Virus record (IMG/VR): IMGVR_UViG_3300010376_000032
Location: 1 to 64,000 of that record
Length of the DNA: 64,000 nucleotides
Direction: 5' to 3' (one strand)
Source of the DNA: a virus
Lineage: Duplodnaviria > Caudoviricetes
Position 1 is the stretch's first letter; the number at the start of each line of letters is the position of its first letter. This document shows positions 17,956-26,122 of the stretch, piece after piece. The translations under genes and the position numbers were made by a program. The notes under the pieces were generated by a model. It worked only from the letters and a program-made list of their open reading frames with translations. It made no database searches and was not told the DNA's origin.

Positions 17956-20900
17956 TGCCGATCGAGCGGTACATCAACACCGAGTACGCCGGAACCAACA
18001 CCACTGTCCTTCCCTTCGGAACCGAAGTAGTAGGTGATACCAACTTCCGCTTCTCCCTGACTTCGGAGGGTGACCTGACCTGGGGAACGGGCACCGCACC
18101 AGGTGACACCACTCTGAGCCGCCTGGCAGGAGGCGGACTAACAATCGGGCCGTCGCTCACTGTGGCAGGCCCCACCACCCTCAACGGGAATGCAAGCATC
18201 TCCGGTTCGCTTACCGCGGGGAACACCACAGTCGGCGGGACACTGTCGGCTAGTGGAGCAACATCTCTGGCCAACACCACGATCACCGGAGCGCTTTCAG
18301 TCAGCGGAGCCGTCTCGGTTGGATCGGTCACCCCACCACTCACCATCACGGCTGCCGCTGCCGCCACCACTACCTGGCAAACCAAAGTCACCGGAGACAC
18401 CCAGCAGCGATTCATCATGACCGCTGGCGGCAACCTGTCCTGGGGACCGGGCGGATCCACTGCCCCCAACGCCCAGATCTATACCGACGCTAGCGGGCTG
18501 CTGTACTACCGAGGACCGACTGGGAACATCGGGGGACTGGACATCCAGCGGGGCTATGCAGTTCTGCGCGGCCAGGCAGCCACCTACGCCACTCTTCAGT
18601 TCACCGCTCTCGACAGCACCACCATGGCGGGCTACATCGCCAACGACGGTGGCGTCTTCTACCTGCAGGGCAACGCCGCCAACTCCCAGCGATTCATGGT
18701 GGCATCCAACAATACGGGTGGATCATTAGTCGAACATCACGCTCCGGCCTCTGTTCCTTTCACCATCCAGGCTGCGCCCAGCCAGAGCGCCGACACCTTC
18801 GACATCAAGAACAGCGCCGGGACCAAGCTCAGTTGGTTCGACAGCACTGGTCAGTACAACCAGCCCGCCGATACTGCTCTCACCGTGGGTCATCTCCAGC
18901 TTGGCGACAGCACCACCTACGGCTGGGGGTCCATCAGCACTACCGACAACCGGCGCCTCGTCATCAGCAACGTCAACGCCGTCCAGATCTACAACCCCGT
19001 TTCCATCTTCAACGCTACGGCTGGCAGCAATGCTCTTCTGGTTCAGGGGGCGGCGAGCCAGACGGGTGATCTGCTCCAGATACAGAACAACAGCAGCAAC
19101 ATCTTGGCAGGCTTCGGCAGCAACGGGCGGCTTTATCTGAACAACACCGTCGCCAGCACCGTCCCCTTCACCATCAACCTGGCTGCCAGTCAATCCGGCG
19201 ATGCCTTCCAGGTGTACAACAGCACCCCCAGCAAAATGACCTGGATCGACAGTGCCGGTGCAATTTGGGGTGGTGCCCTGAACATCAAGTCAAACGGCAT
19301 CCTGTCGCTGTGGCCTTACAACAACCAGGCCATCCAGATCATGTACCTCAACAACTGGGTGGACACCCAAGCTGGCCTCAGTTTCTACCTGGCCGACAAG
19401 ATCCAGTTCTTCGGAAACCTGGGTGTGCCTATTGGTCGCGTCGGCTGGTCCACCGCTGGCTTTGCCATCTTCGCCGGAACCTACAGCCTGGCCAACGAGC
19501 CGGTCCCGGTGGGCGTTCTCGATGTGATCGGCGGTCCCTCCTACAACAAGATCATGCTCCGAATCGTGGGCAGCAGCGCCCAGACGACAGATCTGACCCA
19601 GTGGCAGAACTCCTCCAACACCGTCCTGGGCGGCATTAACGCCACTGGACAGCAGTATCTGGGCGCAGTCGGCTCCTTCGGCGGGGGCGTCGGCCCCATG
19701 ATATTCCTGGGTAATGACGGTACCGATCCCGGTGGCGCGGTGTCAGGTGGCAGCGTTCTCTTCAGCAACGGCACTACCGCCCTGACCGTCAAGGCTCCTG
19801 CGGACTCTCGCTTCTGGATGAAGCGGGGAGCCACCGGAGACTCGGCGGTATGGCTGGGAGGCGACGGGAACAACGGCGACAGCATCATCAACCTGTTCCG
19901 TGGCGGTGGTCAGAACGAAGACATGCGACTCGCTGCGGCGGCGGGCGGATCCACCGGCCAGAACAACGTCTATCTGATCGACCGCATCAGCGGGTCTGTC
20001 GCCACCGGACGGGATCTGCTGTATCGCTACGCCTCTGACGGCGGCACTACCTATACCAACCAGTTGCGTCTGCAGGGAGCAAACGCGGGTGGCACAATCA
20101 TCGCCTACCAGCCTGCCAGCGCTGACATCGTCCAATATCAGAACTCGGCTGGCTCTGCCAACCTGGCGGGAATAACCAATCTTGGTGGCAGGTATGGGCC
20201 GACACTGGTACTGACGAACCTGGTCGCGGCTACGGTCCCGCTCACCATCAACCTCGCCGCCAGCCAAAGCGGTCACGCCTTTGACATCAAGGACAGCGGC
20301 GGGAACAGCCGACTCTACCTGGACAGCAACTGGGTGCTAGGAGGTGGCGACCCTACCTACGGTGCCTTGATCCTGAATGGCTATGGAGGTGGCGGTGTCT
20401 ACATGCAGACCTCTGGAACCATGACCGGCAGGGTCTACAACGGAACCGGCTGGAGTGACAGCGTCACAGGCGCTCATTTGGAACTCGGCGCAGCGGGAGG
20501 GTACGCACAAGTCGAGGCTGTATTTGGGGCCGCACTGGCCCGGTTTGGCATCGCCTCAGCCGGAACCACGATCTATGACGGTGGCAGCTATAGCTCGATC
20601 ACACCGCCGACAGCGCTTGTGGACGTGGTACTCAACACGGCCTCCAAGGTAGGGCTGAATATCACGGGGGCAGCCAGCCCGAGCGCCGATCTCTTCAGGA
20701 TCCGCAACAACGCTGGTCAGATCATGTACGGCGTCAATAGTGCCGGGACGTTCTACGCATCCGCTCAGCCGATGAACATACAGGCGGGCACCGACATCCA
20801 GATGTGGAGTCGGAGCAATCAGGTCATGTACTTCAACGGTTCCATCGCAACGTGGTCCGATTCTGTCACTGGATCACGGCTTGATTTGGGTGCCGGTTCT

Positions 20901-23006
20901 GGACTGGTGCTTGACGCACAATCCGGTGGCTCCATCCCGCGGCTGGGGATCATAACCAACGGGATGATCATCACCAGCGGTGTGGCTCCCACCACGATAA
21001 CCCCACCGGCTGCGTTACTCGATGTAGTCAGTGGCGGCAACGTGGTAACCCTGAGGGCCAAGATGACCGCCGGTCAGACTGTCGACGCCTTCGACATCGT
21101 GAACAGCGCCGGGACTGCCATCACAAAGGTTGGTTCTGCGGGCACGCTCTCCATTCCCAGTGTGGCAGCGCAATCTGCTCCCATGTTGACCTTGGGTGAT
21201 CCGGCTGGACTAGGCAACGGTGGGATCAACTTCTACAGCTACAACGGTGTACTGACCCAGATGTACCCTGGCCAAAATCTGGCCGGTGCCAACGCTAGTG
21301 GCTACTTCACGCTTCAGACCGCAGCAGGCCAAGCATTCGTCATCAACTCCCCTCTAACATATCTGAGTTCAGGGAATCTCCAGATCAACCCCGCGGCCTC
21401 CGGACCCGCCATCTATGTCAACGGCAACAATGCGGTCCAGTTCAATGCCGCGGGACAGGGGCAAGCCTTCAACTGGAGCAATGGACAACTACTGCTGACA
21501 GCCGCATCGGCCACCACTGTTCCCTTCGCTATCAAGGCCGCGACCAGCCAGACCGCTGATCTCCAGCAGTGGTACAACAGCGGTAACCAAAACGTAGTGC
21601 GAGTCACAGCCGCTGGGGATATCGGCTATGTCATCGCCAACTATTTGAGCTTCGTGGATAACAACGCTGCCAACTTGATGCGGTTACAGACCTGGCCCGC
21701 CGGGGCCTGGACCGATAATCAGACTGCGACGCTTGTGTCGCTGGGTACCGCCGCCAGTGGGTATGCCTGGATAAACGGTACAGGTGGCACCAATCTCACC
21801 CGCCTGGGCCTGAACGTCGGTGTAGTGCATATCACCACCGCGCAATACCCATCGGCTGCTCCTCCGACAGCCGGGTACCGGCTTCAGGTGGACGGCAACA
21901 TTCTTGCCCAGAGTGAAACCATAATTCCTCCGGCTGCCACCACCATACCCCTCACCCTCCAGGGCGCAGCCAGCCAGAGCGCTGACCTCTTCGACATCAA
22001 GAACAGCGCAGCCGCAGTTCTGGCTGGGTTTGATTCCACGGGCCGTCCCTTCGTGGGAGCTACACCGTCTTGGGGTGGCGGCACCGGCCCCATGATGTTC
22101 GTGGGCAACGACACCGCGGACCCAAGCACCAACCCTACGAGTGGGACGATCCTCTTCTCGTCAGCAGGAGTACTCAAGGCCCGCACCCCAGATGGCACGG
22201 TGACACAGATCGCACCCGCAGCGCTGCGACTGTCAACGGTCAAGGTCACGGCCACCGGGGCGAACTCAGTTACGGTGCCCTCCTGGGCCACCGTGGCCGA
22301 TGTAATCCTGGTAGGTGGTGGTGGGGGCGGCGGGGGCGGTGGTGCAGCCGCTCTGACCGGTGGCGTGACCACACAGACAGGTGGTGCCGGTGGTGGTGCG
22401 GGCGGCGATCTGCATGTGGTTGTCACCGTTGTCCCCAACGACACCTTGACCGTCACCATTGGGGCGGGAGGCACGGCTGGCACGGGTGGTGCGGCTAGTT
22501 CCGGTTCAACCGGTAACGCGGGCAATCTTGGCGGGGGCGGCGGCAACTCCTCCATCACCGGCAGCGGCGTCAACTATTCCGTTTCGGGGGCTGGGCCAGG
22601 ACGGGCCGGTGGCGCCAACACCACCACCGCCAGCAACGCTGGCGTGAAGGGGACAAACGCCAATGGAGCCAACGCCACCATCCTGTACGGACAAGGCACC
22701 GGCTCCATATCCGGTGCCGTGCCGATCGCGGGAGGCCCTGGCCCCTACTCCGCAGGCGGGGGTGCCGGTGGTGTCATCGCCAACGCCACCAACGGCGGTG
22801 TCGGCGGCGCCCCTGGCACGTTCGTGGGCCAGACCCAGGTCGGCCAGGCTCAGACTGGAACGGCCACCGGAGGAAACTCAGTTGATGCTGCTCCTAACAC
22901 CGGAGCCGGGGGTGGAGGCGGTGGCGGCGGGGCACCAGGAGGTGCTGGCGGTAATGGTGGGGCCGGAGGTTCCGGCTTCGCAGTTATCACCTTCAGATCG
23001 ATATGA
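17955..23006 (+). CDS. Very long tail fibre (1683 aa) with internal repeats and a Gly-rich tip
   Basis: G/S/T/N/A-rich; about 9 copies of a P(F/L)TI..A.SQ..D.F.I.NS module; Gly-rich C-terminus. Confidence 0.82.
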   Translation: MPIERYINTEYAGTNTTVLPFGTEVVGDTNFRFSLTSEGDLTWGTGTAPGDTTLSRLAGGGLTIGPSLTVAGPTTLNGNASISGSLTAGNTTVGGTLSASGATSLANTTITGALSVSGAVSVGSVTPPLTITAAAAATTTWQTKVTGDTQQRFIMTAGGNLSWGPGGSTAPNAQIYTDASGLLYYRGPTGNIGGLDIQRGYAVLRGQAATYATLQFTALDSTTMAGYIANDGGVFYLQGNAANSQRFMVASNNTGGSLVEHHAPASVPFTIQAAPSQSADTFDIKNSAGTKLSWFDSTGQYNQPADTALTVGHLQLGDSTTYGWGSISTTDNRRLVISNVNAVQIYNPVSIFNATAGSNALLVQGAASQTGDLLQIQNNSSNILAGFGSNGRLYLNNTVASTVPFTINLAASQSGDAFQVYNSTPSKMTWIDSAGAIWGGALNIKSNGILSLWPYNNQAIQIMYLNNWVDTQAGLSFYLADKIQFFGNLGVPIGRVGWSTAGFAIFAGTYSLANEPVPVGVLDVIGGPSYNKIMLRIVGSSAQTTDLTQWQNSSNTVLGGINATGQQYLGAVGSFGGGVGPMIFLGNDGTDPGGAVSGGSVLFSNGTTALTVKAPADSRFWMKRGATGDSAVWLGGDGNNGDSIINLFRGGGQNEDMRLAAAAGGSTGQNNVYLIDRISGSVATGRDLLYRYASDGGTTYTNQLRLQGANAGGTIIAYQPASADIVQYQNSAGSANLAGITNLGGRYGPTLVLTNLVAATVPLTINLAASQSGHAFDIKDSGGNSRLYLDSNWVLGGGDPTYGALILNGYGGGGVYMQTSGTMTGRVYNGTGWSDSVTGAHLELGAAGGYAQVEAVFGAALARFGIASAGTTIYDGGSYSSITPPTALVDVVLNTASKVGLNITGAASPSADLFRIRNNAGQIMYGVNSAGTFYASAQPMNIQAGTDIQMWSRSNQVMYFNGSIATWSDSVTGSRLDLGAGSGLVLDAQSGGSIPRLGIITNGMIITSGVAPTTITPPAALLDVVSGGNVVTLRAKMTAGQTVDAFDIVNSAGTAITKVGSAGTLSIPSVAAQSAPMLTLGDPAGLGNGGINFYSYNGVLTQMYPGQNLAGANASGYFTLQTAAGQAFVINSPLTYLSSGNLQINPAASGPAIYVNGNNAVQFNAAGQGQAFNWSNGQLLLTAASATTVPFAIKAATSQTADLQQWYNSGNQNVVRVTAAGDIGYVIANYLSFVDNNAANLMRLQTWPAGAWTDNQTATLVSLGTAASGYAWINGTGGTNLTRLGLNVGVVHITTAQYPSAAPPTAGYRLQVDGNILAQSETIIPPAATTIPLTLQGAASQSADLFDIKNSAAAVLAGFDSTGRPFVGATPSWGGGTGPMMFVGNDTADPSTNPTSGTILFSSAGVLKARTPDGTVTQIAPAALRLSTVKVTATGANSVTVPSWATVADVILVGGGGGGGGGGAAALTGGVTTQTGGAGGGAGGDLHVVVTVVPNDTLTVTIGAGGTAGTGGAASSGSTGNAGNLGGGGGNSSITGSGVNYSVSGAGPGRAGGANTTTASNAGVKGTNANGANATILYGQGTGSISGAVPIAGGPGPYSAGGGAGGVIANATNGGVGGAPGTFVGQTQVGQAQTGTATGGNSVDAAPNTGAGGGGGGGGAPGGAGGNGGAGGSGFAVITFRSI
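18750..22050 (+). repeat. Dispersed ~35-aa repeat module, about 9 copies, inside the long fibre
   Basis: Copies near 18750, 19040, 19155, 19550, 20230, 20645, 21045, 21515, 21940; 18778-18817 and 21970-22009 share 37/40 nt. Confidence 0.75.
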
Positions 23007-23019
23007 GCAAAGGAGAACA

Positions 23020-23289
23020 ATGGCAATTGAATATCAAGTCCTGACCGAGGAGCAGCAGCAGCAAGCCCAGATCGCCAGACTGGGTCAACTGGAGGCTGAG
23101 CATTACTCGGTAGGACTACGCCTGACCGAAGTAGATGCCACCATCAGCGAACTGGAGGCCATCACGGATCCTAATGACGCCCAGACCGCGGCCCTGGAGG
23201 CGTATAAGTCCGAGCAGCAGCAGCTATTAGTATCGCAAAAGGAACTGGAGAGCGCGATCCTGACCAACCAGAGCCAGACCGCACCGTAG
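23020..23289 (+). CDS. Coiled-coil protein, possible fibre chaperone
   Basis: AAGGAG RBS before ATG 23020; heptad-like Q/E/L-rich, 89 aa. Confidence 0.68.
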   Translation: MAIEYQVLTEEQQQQAQIARLGQLEAEHYSVGLRLTEVDATISELEAITDPNDAQTAALEAYKSEQQQLLVSQKELESAILTNQSQTAP

Positions 23290-23307
23290 CCGGAAAGGAA
23301 GATGTAA

Positions 23308-23505
23308 GTGGCTGATACACGAATGCGGGTGGTGGGCTGGAACGTCCAGCCCGTCCTCATGGCCGATGACGGCGACAACCTGACCCAGGTACCCGTTCAG
23401 GCCACCATGATCCCCAACGCCCAGTGGAAGGACTTCAAAGAGGGCGGCGACGAGCAGGCCCTGGAACAACTACGTCAAGAGATCGAAGGAGAGATCGCCA
23501 AATGA
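23308..23505 (+). CDS. Hypothetical protein
   Basis: 65 aa; AAGGA RBS upstream. Confidence 0.62.
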   Translation: MADTRMRVVGWNVQPVLMADDGDNLTQVPVQATMIPNAQWKDFKEGGDEQALEQLRQEIEGEIAK

Positions 23506-23672
23506 GCACCACCGAACCCCCTGCCCCTGAACCCGAACCCCAGAGGGGCATCGAGACTGAGAAGTCCGCTGAGGTGACCACCGAGGAAGGCACCCAGATC
23601 ACCCACGCCGAGCAGACCGGAGTCGAGTTCCCATCCGATGAGACGGAGGCGGCGCCTCCCGAAGACGCATGA
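23502..23672 (+). CDS. Small acidic protein
   Basis: ATGA overlap at 23502; E/P/T-rich, 56 aa. Confidence 0.55.
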   Translation: MSTTEPPAPEPEPQRGIETEKSAEVTTEEGTQITHAEQTGVEFPSDETEAAPPEDA

Positions 23673-23896
23673 CAGACATAGATCAACCAGAAGGCCCGAT
23701 CAGCAACGCCCCCCACATGAACCCTGATGATGTGCGGGGGCCAAACGGCGAGGAACTGGAGTGGCCCGAGCCACAGGACGATCCTGAGGACTGGGTCGAG
23801 CAGGGGGAATCGGACTACAACGACGGCACGCCTGGCGCGCTGGCAGAGGGGGAGGAAGGCAAGAAGTCAGGAAAAAGATTGAGCCTGGAGGGCTAA
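23669..23896 (+). CDS. Small acidic protein
   Basis: ATGA overlap; D/E-rich, 75 aa; stop abuts the lysin ATG. Confidence 0.58.
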   Translation: MTDIDQPEGPISNAPHMNPDDVRGPNGEELEWPEPQDDPEDWVEQGESDYNDGTPGALAEGEEGKKSGKRLSLEG

Positions 23897-24766
23897 ATGG
23901 CACTGCAACGAGTCGGGATCCCCAGCCCGAACCAGTCCAGCCGAGGCGGGACAGGTGTGAGGCTCATAGTGCTGCATACCAGTGAAGGTGCAACGACGTA
24001 CCAGTCACTCGGAAACTTTTTTGCCAGTTCCAGTTCAGGTGTGTCGAGTCATGTCGGCATTGATAACGCCAGCAATGGCGTTATTGGCGAGTACGTGGGC
24101 CGGTCCAATAAGGCTTGGACAAGCTGCAATGCCAATCCCGTGGCCGTGCAGGCAGAACTCTGTACACCCTCTGGGGCGGCTATGGGCTGGAGCGCGGCCC
24201 AATGGCAGCAGCAATCCATCATGCTCGCCAACACCGCCGCCTGGATCGCGGAGGAGTCGGCGGCTTTCGGCATTCCCATCGTCAAGCTCACGGCGGCACA
24301 AGCTCAGGGCGGATCTGCCGGTGTGTGCCAGCACACCGATCTCGGCTCCTGGGGCTGTGGTCACTCCGATTGTGGCCCCAACTTCCCCATCGACCAGGTG
24401 ATCTCGATGGCGAAAGGCGGCTCGACCCCCGCCCCTACTCCTCCTCCGACCCCCTCGCCCACGCCGCCACCGGCAGGAAAGGCGCCGCCCTTTCCCTATC
24501 CATCCAACCACTACCTGGGGCAGCCATCACCCGACCCATGTTGCCATTCCGGCTACTACGGCGGCGTGGATAACCAAAACGTGGCTACCTGGCAACGGCA
24601 GATGATTGCCAGGGGCTGGAACCTGGGGTCAAGCGGAGCCGATGGCAAGTTCGGTTCGCAAAGCTCCAGTGTCGCCAGGCAGTTCCAGCAAGAGAAGGGC
24701 CTCTCTGTGGATGGCCTGGTGGGTCCACAGACGTGGTCGACTAGCTGGACCGCACCAGTCACATAG
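23897..24766 (+). CDS. Endolysin: N-acetylmuramoyl-L-alanine amidase (Amidase_2-like) with a C-terminal peptidoglycan-binding domain
   Basis: LIVLHTSEG, SSH, QAE, CQH.D.G..H.DCG Zn-amidase motifs; PTP linker; DGKFG..S....RQFQ.EKGL.VDGLVGP.TW. Confidence 0.9.
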   Translation: MALQRVGIPSPNQSSRGGTGVRLIVLHTSEGATTYQSLGNFFASSSSGVSSHVGIDNASNGVIGEYVGRSNKAWTSCNANPVAVQAELCTPSGAAMGWSAAQWQQQSIMLANTAAWIAEESAAFGIPIVKLTAAQAQGGSAGVCQHTDLGSWGCGHSDCGPNFPIDQVISMAKGGSTPAPTPPPTPSPTPPPAGKAPPFPYPSNHYLGQPSPDPCCHSGYYGGVDNQNVATWQRQMIARGWNLGSSGADGKFGSQSSSVARQFQQEKGLSVDGLVGPQTWSTSWTAPVT

Positions 24767-24768
24767 CC

Positions 24769-24981
24769 ATGCTCGCCAGCGTCTGGGATTCCGGCTTCGC
24801 CATCAGCACCTACATCCTGGTGTTCCTCATCTGGGGCTTCGGGATCTTCTGCGCGCTGATCTGCCTACGGAAGCGCCACCTCCTGTGGTTCATCCTGGGG
24901 TTCTTCTTCGTGTTCTGTTGGTACATCGGGGCCATCTTGCCTGACCGGCGCGAGGTGGTGGTCGTGGAGGAGCGCCGCTAG
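24769..24981 (+). CDS. Small membrane protein, holin candidate
   Basis: Two hydrophobic segments separated by RKRH; directly after the lysin. Confidence 0.58.
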   Translation: MLASVWDSGFAISTYILVFLIWGFGIFCALICLRKRHLLWFILGFFFVFCWYIGAILPDRREVVVVEERR

Positions 24982-24983
24982 AT

Positions 24984-25826
24984 GTGGCGAATGGTGACGG
25001 CGCTCTCATTGCAGCAGCCTGTACGGGAGTCGCCGCCATCATCACGGCCTGGGCTGCCATAATCCGAGCCAAGAAGACCGCTGCCAAGGACTGCAGGGAG
25101 GAACTGGCCGTCGCCAGACAGGAGGCTGAGGACGCTCAGGCCAAGCTCCATCACATACGCATGACACACCCAGAAGTAATGGAAGAGGACGACTCAGAGA
25201 AGGGGGACATTTCCCCGAACGCCTTGCTGTTTCTCGCCATCGTCTTCGTCACAGCATCGATCTTGTTCGCTCTCCTGGCGGGGCACCAACGATCAGCGAA
25301 CGGACAGACTGGTGGCATCGGTCCCCCAGGTCCAGCGGGACCAGCGGGACCAAAGGGCGAGAAGGGCGACACGGGCGCTCGTGGGCCGATAGGGCAGACG
25401 ATCGCGCATGTGGTCAATCCAGTAGCGACGGCAGGACAGAGAGGGTCGACAGGTGCAACAGGAGCCACCGGAGCCACCGGAGGATCAGGAACTGCGGGAG
25501 CGACGGGAGGCGTGGGAGCAACGGGAAAGACGGGACCGACCGGCTCGACGGGAGCGACCGGTGCCACGGGCAGCACCGGAGCGACGGGTAGCGCGGGTGC
25601 AACTGGCAAAGCTGGAGGCACCGGACCTGCTGGCCCTGTTGGGCCTACCGGCAGGACAGGAGCGACTGGACCCACCGGATCTCGTGGTGCTCAGGGTGTA
25701 CAGGGGCCGGTAGGACCGCCTGGGCCACCAGGCGGCTTCTCCTGTCCTGGAGGCTCGTCGCTTCAGAAACTCACCATCAACGGCAAGGGTGGACAGCAAA
25801 CCATTTGGGCTTGCGTGATCGGCTAA
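24984..25826 (+). CDS. Membrane-anchored collagen-like protein with a holin-like N-terminus
   Basis: TM1 ([21 protein letters not shown]), coiled segment, TM2 ([19 protein letters not shown]), long Gly-X-Y runs, C-terminal Cys pair. Confidence 0.7.
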   Translation: MANGDGALIAAACTGVAAIITAWAAIIRAKKTAAKDCREELAVARQEAEDAQAKLHHIRMTHPEVMEEDDSEKGDISPNALLFLAIVFVTASILFALLAGHQRSANGQTGGIGPPGPAGPAGPKGEKGDTGARGPIGQTIAHVVNPVATAGQRGSTGATGATGATGGSGTAGATGGVGATGKTGPTGSTGATGATGSTGATGSAGATGKAGGTGPAGPVGPTGRTGATGPTGSRGAQGVQGPVGPPGPPGGFSCPGGSSLQKLTINGKGGQQTIWACVIG

Positions 25827-26122
25827 ACGGTATCGCCTATGAGTCGGGTGGTGAATACGTCATCGAGGTAGGCGGTGGCACCGAGCAGGAGCGGGTCGAG
25901 GTTCGCCACCGCCTCAAGCGAGTCAGCCAACTCGGGCGGAATGCGGGTCAGCTTCACCGTCATGCTGGACGTAGCGGACATGCTGACATGGTCGGTATGA
26001 GTGATCCGGCTACCTATCAACAGGGTGGTCGAGGCCCTGAGCGTGATCGAAGCAGTGTTCGTGGGGGCGGCACTCAGTACCACGGAGGCGACCGGCCTGC
26101 CCAGAGATCCGCCGTAGCTCAT
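25823..26122 (-). CDS. Hypothetical protein downstream of the tailspike
   Basis: Start reset to ATG 26122 (ATGA overlap); beta-rich, 99 aa. Confidence 0.55.
   Translation of the reverse strand: MSYGGSLGRPVASVVLSAAPTNTASITLRASTTLLIGSRITHTDHVSMSATSSMTVKLTRIPPELADSLEAVANLDPLLLGATAYLDDVFTTRLIGDTV

Noticed and set aside
18778-22009. Diversity-generating retroelement (TR/VR) in the fibre repeats
   Set aside because: No reverse transcriptase; the 40-nt repeat pair differs at C/T, A/C and C/T, not adenine-specifically, and is too short
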